A DNA stretch of 64,000 bases from a virus (taxonomy: Duplodnaviria > Caudoviricetes): IMG/VR virus record IMGVR_UViG_3300026549_000030, positions 177,997-241,996 of that record; one strand, written 5' to 3'. The notes under the pieces were generated by a model. The model was not told where the DNA came from and did not search any database. It worked only from the letters and a program-made list of their open reading frames with translations. A program made the position numbers and the translations under genes. The stretch's first letter is position 1, and each line of letters starts with the position of its first letter. Of this stretch, positions 10,561-20,864 are shown one piece after another.

Positions 10561-10562
10561 GT

Positions 10563-11903
10563 TTATTTTCCGATACCGAAATATTTCATTCCTGCGTCTT
10601 CAATTTCCTGTTTCTTGAAGATATTTCTTCCGTCAACAACTACACTGCAGGACGGAAAGCGTAGTTTGAATGTTTGCCAATCAATGTTCCTGAACTCATT
10701 CCATTCAGTAAGGAGAATTAGCGCGTCAAAATCCTCAACGTCAAATTTCTTATTAATCAAATTGAAGTGCTCTCTTGCGCTTGGGTACGTTACTTCCGTA
10801 TTAATAAACTTGCTGAAATTATCACCGGCAACAGGATCATATCCGTAAACCGTAGCCTGCTCATAGAGAAGACTTGACACCACAACCTGAGATGGGGCTT
10901 CCCTGATATCGTCAGTCTCGGGTTTGAAAGCAAGTCCCCATACGAGAACCTTCTTACCCGCAAGGGCACCAATATAATTACGGAGCTTAACGAGCGGAAT
11001 AGACTTCTGATATTGATTAGCCTCTTCAACGGCAATAAGCACGCGTAGGTCAATGTCATTCTCCTTTCCCGTATTAATGAGAGCCTTAACATCCTTAGGG
11101 AAGCAACTACCGCCGTATCCGCAGCCCGCATAAAGGAACTTGGAGCCAATTCTTGTATCAGTTCCTATGCCCTTCCTTACTGAATCTACGTCTGCGCCAA
11201 CCTTTTCACAGAGGTTTGCAATCTCATTCATAAAGCTGATTCTCGTGGCAAGCATTGAATTACTTGCATACTTCGTCATTTCAGCACTCGGAATTGACAT
11301 TGATAGAATCTTTGAAGGATTGTTGATTGCAAACGGTGCATAGATATCTTCAAGAATTACCCTTGCACGTTCTGTCTTTGTTCCAATGACAATTCTGTCA
11401 GGATTCATAAAGTCCGAAACAGCCTTTCCTTCCTTAAGAAATTCAGGATTGGAGGCTACGTCGAACTGAACGTCAACATTTCTTTCAGCAAGTTCTTTGC
11501 AAATTGCGTCATGAACCTTTTCAGCCGTCCCTACCGGAACGGTGCTCTTGGTAATGAAGACAGTATATTTGTCGATAAGTTTTCCAAATTCGGAAGCTGC
11601 CTGAAGAATATACGTCAAATCGGCGCCACCATCGCCCCTCGGTGGAGTACCTACCGCGCAGAACACAACGTCGCAGTATTTGATAACCTCAGAGAGACTT
11701 GTGTGGAAAGTGAGGCTTCCATTCGCAGTGTTCTTCTTAACGAGTTCCTCAAGACCCGGCTCATAAATCGGAATTCCGCCGTTCTTCAATATCTTTATCT
11801 TTTCTTCATTAACATCTACGCAGTGTACGCGGTGCCCCATTTCAGCAAGGCATGTTCCCGTTACAAGTCCTACGTATCCAGTACCGATAATTGCTATCTT
11901 CAT
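10563..11903 (-). CDS. ugd: UDP-glucose 6-dehydrogenase
   Basis: GTGYVG Rossmann motif, KSTVPVGT, NPEFLKEG, GYGGSCFPKD, GLAFKPETDDIRE. Confidence 0.95.
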   Translation of the reverse strand: MKIAIIGTGYVGLVTGTCLAEMGHRVHCVDVNEEKIKILKNGGIPIYEPGLEELVKKNTANGSLTFHTSLSEVIKYCDVVFCAVGTPPRGDGGADLTYILQAASEFGKLIDKYTVFITKSTVPVGTAEKVHDAICKELAERNVDVQFDVASNPEFLKEGKAVSDFMNPDRIVIGTKTERARVILEDIYAPFAINNPSKILSMSIPSAEMTKYASNSMLATRISFMNEIANLCEKVGADVDSVRKGIGTDTRIGSKFLYAGCGYGGSCFPKDVKALINTGKENDIDLRVLIAVEEANQYQKSIPLVKLRNYIGALAGKKVLVWGLAFKPETDDIREAPSQVVVSSLLYEQATVYGYDPVAGDNFSKFINTEVTYPSAREHFNLINKKFDVEDFDALILLTEWNEFRNIDWQTFKLRFPSCSVVVDGRNIFKKQEIEDAGMKYFGIGK

Positions 11904-11975
11904 ATTCTTTTTTATTTAAAAAATATGCTTACACGTGGATTAATCAATATTTTGTTTGTATATTTGGATTGTATT

Positions 11976-13427
11976 ATGGAGAAAAATAAAGAGAAAAAAT
12001 TAGGGCAGATTAATACCCCAGACAGAATCGTATCTAAAATGTTGGATTTTGGTGCATACAACAAGCCTATCAACATATTAGAAAAGCACATCATGGACAA
12101 TAGCTGCGGGAATGGGCAATTTCTGTCGGAAATAGTTCGCAGGTATATAAAGACTGCACTCGAATACGGGAAAACGGAAAACGATATCACAGGTGAGCTT
12201 TCCAAATATATACACGGAATAGAAATAGATGAGCCAACTTGTAATGAATGCAAGGAGCGGCTTTCTTCTATTGCCGAGCAATTTGGAATAGTTGGTGTAA
12301 ATTGGGATATTATTTGTGCAAACACCCTGCTTGTTCATGAGTATGACGGGAAAATGGATTACGTATTCGGAAACCCGCCATACGTTCGCGTGCATAACGT
12401 TAAGGGCAGTGACAACTATGATATTTTAAAAGGATACACCTTCGCAGAAAAAGGCTCATCTGATTTATATCTGGCATTTTATGAATGTGGGCTGAAATCG
12501 CTTAACGAAAACGGAACCCTGTGCTATATAACGCCGAGTTCTTGGCTATCTTCCGCATCAGGAAAGAAAATGAGGGACTACATACTTGAAAATAGAAACC
12601 TTTACGCGGTAGTTGATTTTGAGCATACACAAGTGTTTGATAATGCGCAAACATATTCGATCATAACATTGTTCTATAATGGAAAGAAAGAGGACGAGGT
12701 TGCGTACAATCTATACGAAAATCATGACTTCAATACCGTATCGTCTGTAACATATGACGAAATCATACATGACGGGGCTTTCAGATTTGTCCCGAAGGAA
12801 TATTCCAAAACCTTCAATAACATTGATAGCTGCAAGATACGAAAAATTCGTGTTAAAAACGGGCTCGCTACACTTAATGACAAGGTATTCATCGATGAGA
12901 TTCCGAAAGATTTTCCGGCAATTTATTATATACCCGTCATTAAGGCTTCCACAGGAAAGTGGGGTAAGTGCCTTTTTCCTTATGAAATCTGTTATGATAG
13001 GAATATTGAATCAATACCGCTTGAAGATATTGAAAGTCGCTACCCTTACTTATACAAGTATATAATGCTTCATGAAGAAGAACTCAAGGCGAGAACCTAC
13101 GATAAGGGAAGCAATTGGTGGGAAATAGGACGCAGACAAGGGCTATCCGACACATTCAAGGATAAGATTGCGATAAATAATTTAACCAAGGGCCCGGGCG
13201 ATATTAAAATTACTGCAGTTCCCGCAGGCTCGCACGTTTACAGCGGATTCTATATTCTCACTGACACGCCATTCAATGACATTAAGGAAGCCCTCCACTC
13301 GAAGCAATTCTTCAATTATGTTAAGGCGCTTAAAAAATATAAGAGTGGAGAATATTACACATTCTCTTCTAAGGACGTTGAAAAATTTTTAAATTATTGG
13401 ATATATGGCAACAAGCAAAATTTATAA
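11976..13427 (+). CDS. N6-adenine DNA methyltransferase (Eco57I/TaqI-like, gamma class)
   Basis: DNSCGNGQF, GIEID and GNPPY motifs; start moved to ATG 11976, just after a TATATTTG promoter element. Confidence 0.9.
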   Translation: MEKNKEKKLGQINTPDRIVSKMLDFGAYNKPINILEKHIMDNSCGNGQFLSEIVRRYIKTALEYGKTENDITGELSKYIHGIEIDEPTCNECKERLSSIAEQFGIVGVNWDIICANTLLVHEYDGKMDYVFGNPPYVRVHNVKGSDNYDILKGYTFAEKGSSDLYLAFYECGLKSLNENGTLCYITPSSWLSSASGKKMRDYILENRNLYAVVDFEHTQVFDNAQTYSIITLFYNGKKEDEVAYNLYENHDFNTVSSVTYDEIIHDGAFRFVPKEYSKTFNNIDSCKIRKIRVKNGLATLNDKVFIDEIPKDFPAIYYIPVIKASTGKWGKCLFPYEICYDRNIESIPLEDIESRYPYLYKYIMLHEEELKARTYDKGSNWWEIGRRQGLSDTFKDKIAINNLTKGPGDIKITAVPAGSHVYSGFYILTDTPFNDIKEALHSKQFFNYVKALKKYKSGEYYTFSSKDVEKFLNYWIYGNKQNL

Positions 13428-13914
13428 GCTATTTAAAGAAGTCAAAGACTGCGAAGGCAAAATTGCCGCGTTAATGAACAAGAAAACAGACGCAAAGAAA
13501 GAACTCGAGGAACTCCTCAAGAAAAACTTCTACAGACTCCGCGACTTTATAGCAAAGGCTCTCTACGAAGAGCTTGGGGACGAGCAGAAGCGAAAAATCG
13601 ACTTGAAAAAACTCGAAGCTCAGAAGAAAGAAGAACAAAGAAAATTATTGAAAGAGCTTGGCGTAAAAGATAATGAAGATTGGCTAAGCGATTCAACGGT
13701 ATATTCATGGAATTCATTGAATTCAGATTTTGATCCATTCGTTGACCAATTTGAAATTTATGATTGCAAACTTTCAGAAGATAAGAAAAGTATGAAGATA
13801 CGTGTCGAGTGTTTAAAGAATCGACAATACCTAGGTATTTCAGGCTGCTGGATTCCGTCAACGTATGAAACAGGGTGGATTTCGATAAAAGAAATTGCAG
13901 AATACGAAAAATAA
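13405..13914 (+). CDS. Hypothetical protein
   Basis: 169-aa ORF. Confidence 0.6.
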   Translation: MATSKIYKLFKEVKDCEGKIAALMNKKTDAKKELEELLKKNFYRLRDFIAKALYEELGDEQKRKIDLKKLEAQKKEEQRKLLKELGVKDNEDWLSDSTVYSWNSLNSDFDPFVDQFEIYDCKLSEDKKSMKIRVECLKNRQYLGISGCWIPSTYETGWISIKEIAEYEK

Positions 13915-13996
13915 AAAAAGAGCGAATCTGCACGATTCGCCCATATGTTCCGTAAGTCTATCGGCAATGTGACTATAAAGCCGTTAAGATGGTGGT

Positions 13997-15076
13997 TTAG
14001 ACAGAGCCAATAAGTCTGTTGGTGTCTGCATTATATTTAACATGAAAGTCGTTCAATCTTCCAACGGCTTTATCGTACCTATCAAACAATGTGGCTGTAA
14101 GTATTTCACTCCGTTCGTCATCCGATAAACCGAATGATGAACCTGCGAATAAATCAAAACACATAATATTCTCTTGCTCATTATTCCAGTTTTCATCGTT
14201 ATATTCAGATTCCCCATCGGGAACAAACCGCTCTTTCAACACTTTCTTTACGCTCTCAGCAACCATCTTCCTGAGGGTGTTTTCGTTTATTTTTACAACA
14301 TTCTTTTTCATATTTTCTTTTAGCTCTTTATTTAATAAATACTTAACAGTTTCGAAAACCCGCTTTTTATTGTTAAAATACGATATTATATCATTCATAA
14401 CCCTTTCAGGGTTGCAACTTTGGTATTGCTGAGAAAAATTCCCAATATTCTTGTTGAATAAATCCAGATAGAGAACATCCCCATAATAAGAATCAAGCAC
14501 CTCCCAAAGTACCTTAGTTTGCTGCGGAGTCGGCTTCTTGCAAATATCAATACTATGATCAAGAACCCTGATATTTCCAAGTTCAATAAAGTGCGACGTA
14601 CCCTTTACGCCTGAAATTCTCGTGCAATTGTTATGCTCTGATTCCGTATAGACGACAACACCGTTTGTGAGAATAAATCCACGGCAGCCCTTGAAATAAT
14701 CTCCGTGACGAAGAACCTTTACAGCCATTGCATTAACCTCGTCAGGGTTGTTCACGTTTATCACGTCATTCTGATACGCAAGAGGCTCAAACGCATGCTC
14801 GCGTCCGTCCATACACTCCCTGAATACATCTGCAGCTACAGCCTCGCCGAAATTCTCTTCAATCTCCTCGAGCGTCATTGTATCGTATTCACCCATTGAA
14901 TGATACGTATCAGAGTCGAAATACTCGATTTCATAATCGCAGTTTTCCTTAATGTAATTTGCCCTTACATCGGGAGAATCCTGAAGTCCGTTATCGGATA
15001 GATATTCCTCATACCAATCTTCATCGAAATTCAACGTACAACGAATTTCTCCTATTTCACTTGGTTCAAATTTCAT
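13997..15076 (-). CDS. Hypothetical protein with an internal KINENTLRKMVAESVKKVLKE motif (probable head-packaged protein)
   Basis: Motif shared with other ORFs in the window. Confidence 0.7.
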   Translation of the reverse strand: MKFEPSEIGEIRCTLNFDEDWYEEYLSDNGLQDSPDVRANYIKENCDYEIEYFDSDTYHSMGEYDTMTLEEIEENFGEAVAADVFRECMDGREHAFEPLAYQNDVINVNNPDEVNAMAVKVLRHGDYFKGCRGFILTNGVVVYTESEHNNCTRISGVKGTSHFIELGNIRVLDHSIDICKKPTPQQTKVLWEVLDSYYGDVLYLDLFNKNIGNFSQQYQSCNPERVMNDIISYFNNKKRVFETVKYLLNKELKENMKKNVVKINENTLRKMVAESVKKVLKERFVPDGESEYNDENWNNEQENIMCFDLFAGSSFGLSDDERSEILTATLFDRYDKAVGRLNDFHVKYNADTNRLIGSV

Positions 15077-15777
15077 TGCTGTACCCCTCTTCTATAATAA
15101 CTATCGAAAACTTCATCTGTAAGTCCGAAATCTATGATAACAAGGTTTTCCTGCCCATTCTCAGATACTACACCCCAAGAAGACAGTCTTGTCAAGTCCC
15201 CGTATGCGCCCGTGCATGTATCGCACAGGTATCCGTGAATAGCTTGGAAGATATTGTAATCGTTAAGAAGTTCTGCCCATTCATTCGAATCAAAGAGAGC
15301 GTCATATGTGTGGTCTCTATATGGCATTTTGGAAGGTGGAGTATAAAGGCTTGCCGTATATTGTATCCAAGCACACATTACTTCCCAATCATATCCGGTA
15401 ATACGCTTGAAATCGCTTGCCTTTGCCCTTCTTGCCGCCTGCATTTCAAGGAATGTCCCGTCCTCAGTAGCGTCATACACTTTTGCAAAGCAATCGTAAT
15501 ATTCTTGCCTCCAATCTTGCATTCCCTCCTGATTCTGCGCAACGCCCTTCTCATTCTTAGCAACTTTCAGAACCTTCTCACCATCAACGGCGAATACAAC
15601 GCGAGAAGAGCCTGCGCCAATCTTCTTAAGGTGCTGCTGGCAATACTTAACGCGCTTGGCATATGAGCCGAGGCTCTTAAGCGTATCAAGGCTGAAACCG
15701 GCAGGGTATGCCATTTCATCCATCACCGATTCGGTAATGATTCTGCAAAGCTCAGAAAGTGTTATATTGTTAGCCAT
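15073..15777 (-). CDS. Protein-kinase-like fold protein with a head-targeting-type leader
   Basis: IGAGSSRVVF (Gly loop), VLKVAK, E in helix C, GDL..SSWG and IIDFG. Confidence 0.6.
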   Translation of the reverse strand: MANNITLSELCRIITESVMDEMAYPAGFSLDTLKSLGSYAKRVKYCQQHLKKIGAGSSRVVFAVDGEKVLKVAKNEKGVAQNQEGMQDWRQEYYDCFAKVYDATEDGTFLEMQAARRAKASDFKRITGYDWEVMCAWIQYTASLYTPPSKMPYRDHTYDALFDSNEWAELLNDYNIFQAIHGYLCDTCTGAYGDLTRLSSWGVVSENGQENLVIIDFGLTDEVFDSYYRRGVQQ

Positions 15778-15792
15778 TGTTTTAATAAATAC

Positions 15793-16236
15793 ATGAAAAA
15801 GTTTGTAAATACCGATTATAATCAGTATATTTACAATATGAGAGAAGATATAATGAATAGAAAAATCGGTCCAAGGGACTTAATGATAGGTGATTACTTC
15901 ATGCTAAAGAGCCTTGACGGTAAGGGGACGGAGGTTATCCAAATCAACGGTATAACGAAGCGCAAGTTCGGATATGTTGCAAAGAACGGGCAGGAAAGGT
16001 ATGTTCGTTTCTGCGAAAATCGCCTTATTCCGATTGAGTACTCTGACGTTATGTGGAAATACTTTGAAACTACGGACTTTGAAGTCCATGGTTGGAAAGG
16101 AGACTTCAAGAGAATGAAGAAAGAGCTTTCACATAGAATGGCGGATATAAAAACGCTTCACGAACTACAACATATTATTAATTTAAAAGACCCGAAAGCG
16201 TGGGTTATTTTTAACGAGCATGGATTCGGACATTAA
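15793..16236 (+). CDS. Hypothetical protein (start may be downstream)
   Basis: ORF; DLMIGD motif also seen in 61813-62220. Confidence 0.55.
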   Translation: MKKFVNTDYNQYIYNMREDIMNRKIGPRDLMIGDYFMLKSLDGKGTEVIQINGITKRKFGYVAKNGQERYVRFCENRLIPIEYSDVMWKYFETTDFEVHGWKGDFKRMKKELSHRMADIKTLHELQHIINLKDPKAWVIFNEHGFGH

Positions 16237-16684
16237 ATTTGAATACAATCCCCCGCTATGGGATGCTTTAAACTTTCAGCCACTCACATTGGCGGAACTC
16301 GAAGCCGCCATGTGGAAAATACAGTACAATGATAAAATTAATTCGTTTGTTCTTGGCTTTACAATAGCAAACGATAACGAGGCATGGGTTGTTGATAGGA
16401 ATTACCGCACGCAGAACGATAAGAGCATTGTTCTCATTAAGGCAAAGGGAACCCTTCACAAGAAACTCGTTGAACTTGAGGAGAAATATGATTTCAAATT
16501 TGACAGGATTAACGAGAAAACAATTGAAGCATTGAGCGGATTCGGACTTACAGACGAAAACGGATATCCGTATCTTCCGAAATTCCTTAAAGAATTTGAT
16601 CCTTCAAATCTGTTCGTTACAGACAAGCAGTTTAACGATTATAAATGTTATGTTAATGACTACCTATGGAAATGGAAAAAGTAA
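16220..16684 (+). CDS. Hypothetical protein
   Basis: 154-aa ORF in operon. Confidence 0.6.
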   Translation: MDSDIKFEYNPPLWDALNFQPLTLAELEAAMWKIQYNDKINSFVLGFTIANDNEAWVVDRNYRTQNDKSIVLIKAKGTLHKKLVELEEKYDFKFDRINEKTIEALSGFGLTDENGYPYLPKFLKEFDPSNLFVTDKQFNDYKCYVNDYLWKWKK

Positions 16685-17013
16685 CTGAGAAATGGTTCAA
16701 GGAACACGGCTGGGAAAAAACCGATACGGGAAATTACGTAGAGGAACCGGGTGTTCAACGCAACGGTACTATATACTGTTTATATGGCAAGAAAGGGCTC
16801 ATTGCAAGATGGGATAGAATTGTCTACACTTATACACACCCAGTGGTCGAAAGGGGTAAGAAAAGTATTTCAAGAACATATATGTTCTACGCACGCGGAG
16901 AGAACGGATTCCAAGTCGAAAACAGACTCAGCCACTTCAATTTTCCCATTGAAACAATTGTTGCCGCATTGAAAGTGGTGGGATATGATGAATTTGGGAA
17001 GAAGAAATTATGA
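16666..17013 (+). CDS. Hypothetical protein
   Basis: 115-aa ORF in operon. Confidence 0.6.
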   Translation: MEMEKVTEKWFKEHGWEKTDTGNYVEEPGVQRNGTIYCLYGKKGLIARWDRIVYTYTHPVVERGKKSISRTYMFYARGENGFQVENRLSHFNFPIETIVAALKVVGYDEFGKKKL

Positions 17014-17033
17014 ACAAAGCAATAGAAAACATT

Positions 17034-17060
17034 AAAACTCGGTAGAAATACCGAGTTTTT
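17034..17060. terminator. Bidirectional terminator
   Basis: AAAACTCGGTA-GAAA-TACCGAGTTTT; a near-identical hairpin lies at 21942-21970. Confidence 0.8.
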
Positions 17061-17063
17061 CTT

Positions 17064-18857
17064 TTAGAATCCGCCGCTTGAATATCCATTAACGAGACAG
17101 GTAATGTTGCTTTCGGGTATTCCGTAATCCCCAAGTGCATCGCCAAGCATTGCGAGCGTCGCGCCGGAGTTCATATCCTCATCGAAGATAATGTACTTCT
17201 TTCCGGCATACCTCGTGAATAGGCTCTTATCCTTGTTAAGCTGCTCGTCGGCAATAACAAACGCACCCTTCAGATACTTTCTTACGTTCTTCGGGAACTT
17301 AGTCACCTTAAAGCTAGTTCCATCAAAATTAGGCGTAAATCCCGTAACTAATGCCTCATGACATGATGCTATAAGCCAAGCCGTTTTTCTTATTGCTGCC
17401 GTGAAATCTTGCAGACAATTCCTGTAAATAATTGTACCTATCTTCTTTGACAGCTTTTCCGTATCGAAGGTGGAGGATTTTGAGTTTATAGTCAATCCGC
17501 TAAGGATCACCTTCGTCGCGTTATCGTCAAGCATCTGCCCGGGAGTGAATATTATTCTCTTTATTTGTTCAAACGCACTATCGGCAATAACCTGATATAC
17601 CTGCCCCTTCTGCGCAACGGAGCCATTGAATTGATTGTATTTAACCTCCTCGGGACGCGGAACAGCGGGCTTTCTTCCCCTGAATGACGGGCGATTGATA
17701 TCGAACTCGATATTGCCAAGTATATCCCAATGCCTATTGACAAAATCCTTAAGCGGTGCTGAAATCTTCCATGAAATTTCTTTCATTGCAGCCTGCTTGA
17801 CATTGTGTTCGAAGCTGTTTATGCTTTCCTCGGAAATTCCTTCTTTTTCCATTCCTTCCCTGTCGAAATGGACGTTGATAAGTTTCTTTGAGAAGAATCC
17901 ATCTATGAACGGAATGCCGGTTTTGTCCTGCAGCCTCTTCGAGTAGTATACATTGAATTTTGAAGAAGATGGGGCGCATACGATATAATCGGCTTGTACA
18001 CCCTCTTTTTTCAATGCATATTGTGCATAATTTATGCTCTTATCAATAAATCTTGCTATTGAATGGTATGCATTGTCAGAAAATCCGTACGATACTCTAT
18101 TGAAGTGATCGGAATCCCCTTCGGTTCCATTCAATGAGAAATTCTTTTCTATATCAGGAGTCTGCCCGTTGTAGGTAATCGGTACGTTTCTGAATGTCGC
18201 CTGCCCTTTTCCTATGTTCGGATTCAATGGCCTTGCGTCTTTGTTTATCCCAAGAACCTTATCAGTAATTTTACCCTGCCTCATATATCCGTTCTTAAGA
18301 ACGTCTGAAATATTGAAATCGTCAAAATCAAACAACGAAATTACTTTTATTGTCGTGCCGGGAACAGTTCCGACATTATATCTCGCTATCTTATCCTCCC
18401 CATTCGCAGAAGATGCCCTATTATATTTGTTTTGCTGAATCTGTTGAAGGGTTTGAATTCTTTCTATTGTACTATCTATCCATTGGAATGCGTCTTCGTC
18501 GCTCGATGAAATTGCGTTCAATAACGCGTTTTTTGCCTTACCCTTGAATGAAGATATATCAGGGGCATTACCCTTCCTACCACCTTCTATCCAAGTACGC
18601 AGCTCTTCCAACTTAGCAATAATGGAATTTCTATATCCCTGTTTATCAGAAAACGAAGTATAATGCCCATTCAAAGTATTATCACCGTTCAGGATGCTGT
18701 TTGCTGTTCCGAAAAGCCTCGTATCAAAGTTCTTATTATCAACATCACGCTGGTTTGAATCTATGTTGACATCAACGCCGAAATTACCCGACTTGGCATA
18801 GTTAATACCCTCGGTTAACATATCGAACTGTCTCTTTGTGATAATAATATTCTTCAT
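17064..18857 (-). CDS. Large protein with a C-terminal phosphoribosyltransferase-like domain and an LTE leader
   Basis: YIVCAPSSS and YIIFDEDMNSGATL (PRPP-binding-like loop). Confidence 0.6.
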   Translation of the reverse strand: MKNIIITKRQFDMLTEGINYAKSGNFGVDVNIDSNQRDVDNKNFDTRLFGTANSILNGDNTLNGHYTSFSDKQGYRNSIIAKLEELRTWIEGGRKGNAPDISSFKGKAKNALLNAISSSDEDAFQWIDSTIERIQTLQQIQQNKYNRASSANGEDKIARYNVGTVPGTTIKVISLFDFDDFNISDVLKNGYMRQGKITDKVLGINKDARPLNPNIGKGQATFRNVPITYNGQTPDIEKNFSLNGTEGDSDHFNRVSYGFSDNAYHSIARFIDKSINYAQYALKKEGVQADYIVCAPSSSKFNVYYSKRLQDKTGIPFIDGFFSKKLINVHFDREGMEKEGISEESINSFEHNVKQAAMKEISWKISAPLKDFVNRHWDILGNIEFDINRPSFRGRKPAVPRPEEVKYNQFNGSVAQKGQVYQVIADSAFEQIKRIIFTPGQMLDDNATKVILSGLTINSKSSTFDTEKLSKKIGTIIYRNCLQDFTAAIRKTAWLIASCHEALVTGFTPNFDGTSFKVTKFPKNVRKYLKGAFVIADEQLNKDKSLFTRYAGKKYIIFDEDMNSGATLAMLGDALGDYGIPESNITCLVNGYSSGGF

Positions 18858-18918
18858 TCCTTAATAAATATCAAATTTATTTGGAATTGTGAATATTATT
18901 TCCTATATTTGCAGTACT

Positions 18919-19140
18919 ATGATTAAGATAGACAAAAATTTTTACACACTTATGATTGCGGGAGCAATCGAAGATGAAAAACTCCCCGGCATTAAAGACG
19001 AAGAAGCGGTTAAGCTGATCGGAGAATCAATCGACGAAACTGTAAAATTCTACGAAGATACCTTCGGCGAGATTGAAGATTGGGAGGTTTTTGAAGACGA
19101 CTTACTTGCGGACGCCAAGAAAAAACTCGGCGTGCAATGA
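18919..19140 (+). CDS. Small acidic hypothetical protein
   Basis: ORF after a Bacteroidetes-type promoter. Confidence 0.55.
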   Translation: MIKIDKNFYTLMIAGAIEDEKLPGIKDEEAVKLIGESIDETVKFYEDTFGEIEDWEVFEDDLLADAKKKLGVQ

Positions 19141-19240
19141 TTTGATCAAAAAAAAAAAGTTTAAGAAAATTTTTGTAAATCGAATTAAACTCTGTATATT
19201 TGCATTGGATAAACACAATAAACCATTTTAATTTAACAAT

Positions 19241-19879
19241 ATGTTTGAAAACATTCAGAATTCCTTTAACGGAATGTTCGGTAAGGTTGCTCCCGGTATG
19301 TGCCGGCTTACCATGAACGGCAATGTCGCCGTCAAATGCAGCAATGGTTACAAGACGTATAACGTCAAGAAGGGTACGCTGACTAATGTCACTAACTTCT
19401 GCTTCAACATCGGTGATGAGATGTTCTTCATCATCCCTACCAACAAGGTTGCTGTTGGCGATATCATTCTCGTCGGCGGTAAGCCCAAGTGCGTTACGGC
19501 TGTTGACAAGAAGTCCATCACCGTAATCGACTACGAGAACAGCGAGGAGCGCAAGGTTATCCCTGAGCGTCACGTGTTCATGGGTAGTACCTATTTCTAC
19601 GGCAAGATTGTCTCCATGTTCGGCAACGCCTTCAAGGGTGGCAAGGGCCTCGGAAACGCTGTCAAGATGATGGTTTTCTCCCAGATGCTTGGCGGTAGTA
19701 AGGATTCCAACAGCAACGGAAACGGCAATGGTGCCAACGGCTTCGGCGCGATGCTTCCTATGATGATGTTCATGGGCGGCGGCAGCAACCCGTTCGAGGG
19801 CATGTTCGAAGGACTCGACTTCGACTTGAATCTCACCGCAGACGCCGACGATGACGAAACAACTAACGAGGAGGAGTAG
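19241..19879 (+). CDS. Hypothetical protein with a Gly/Met-rich C-terminus
   Basis: Strong codon bias; first gene of the vWA/PurA-like operon. Confidence 0.75.
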   Translation: MFENIQNSFNGMFGKVAPGMCRLTMNGNVAVKCSNGYKTYNVKKGTLTNVTNFCFNIGDEMFFIIPTNKVAVGDIILVGGKPKCVTAVDKKSITVIDYENSEERKVIPERHVFMGSTYFYGKIVSMFGNAFKGGKGLGNAVKMMVFSQMLGGSKDSNSNGNGNGANGFGAMLPMMMFMGGGSNPFEGMFEGLDFDLNLTADADDDETTNEEE

Positions 19880-19976
19880 TCATGGGCGTAGTTAACAACA
19901 CGGACTTCAAGTCCTACGGAAAGTCTCTCGAGGAACTCGCAGAGCAGGAAGAGGAAACCGCAAAAACTGAAGAGTA

Positions 19977-20861
19977 ATGGGTTCTGGTTCTTTTTCACTT
20001 AAAAGTTACGCTGATTACAGTACGTCCCGTGGAAAGTTATTTAACGTCACCACGAGCCGTATTGACAGCGGACAGGTGTTCGAGTCAAAGAGACTCGACG
20101 AATCTCTCAATCCGAAGAGGTTCACTGTCAGGGAGTGCGCCAACAGCGATGAACACCCGAACACAATTCCGGTGATTCTCGCCCTTGACGTCACTGGTTC
20201 TATGGGCGACGCCTGCACCGAGACTGCTTCCGCACTCGGCGTCATTATCACCAACCTCTACAAGGAGTTCAAGGATATTGAGTTCTGCGTAATGGGTATC
20301 GGCGACTTGGCATACGACGAAGCCCCCGTTCAGATGAGTCAGTTTGAGTCCGACGTTCGTATCGCCGAGGCTCTTGACAAAATCTACATGGAGCACGGTG
20401 GCGGTGGAAACCGCTTTGAAAGCTACACCGCAGCTTGGTACATGGGACTCAAGCGCACGAAGCTCGACAGCTTCGATAAGCAGGGAAGAAAGGGTATCAT
20501 TATCACAATGGGTGACGAGCCCCTCAACCCTTACCTTCCCGTGAGCCAACTCAACGGAAGCACCAATTCCAAGGAGCAGGCGGACGTTGACACCAATGAT
20601 CTCTATAAGCTTGCAACAGAGAAGTTCGACATCTATCACATTGCCGTTGACAGCCCGCACGATTCCTATCGGTACTACGCCGACGATATCAAGGAGTCTT
20701 TTGGCAAGCTGCTGGGTGACAACTTCAAGGTATCCACAATCAACAACCTTTCCAACACCATTGAAGAGTGCATTAAGAACTCTCTTAATGACGCGCCAGT
20801 CGCTGCCACAGAGGAGCCTTCCAAGACGCTCATCAATGAGAACGGAGAAATCGAATGGTAA
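19977..20861 (+). CDS. vWA-domain protein
   Basis: MIDAS motif DVTGSM; GGGGNRFESY; ITMGDE. Confidence 0.8.
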   Translation: MGSGSFSLKSYADYSTSRGKLFNVTTSRIDSGQVFESKRLDESLNPKRFTVRECANSDEHPNTIPVILALDVTGSMGDACTETASALGVIITNLYKEFKDIEFCVMGIGDLAYDEAPVQMSQFESDVRIAEALDKIYMEHGGGGNRFESYTAAWYMGLKRTKLDSFDKQGRKGIIITMGDEPLNPYLPVSQLNGSTNSKEQADVDTNDLYKLATEKFDIYHIAVDSPHDSYRYYADDIKESFGKLLGDNFKVSTINNLSNTIEECIKNSLNDAPVAATEEPSKTLINENGEIEW

Positions 20862-20864
20862 AAG

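Noticed and set aside
11511-11975. N-terminal extension of the MTase ORF
   Set aside because: It overlaps ugd on the opposite strand; the real start follows a promoter element at 11976.
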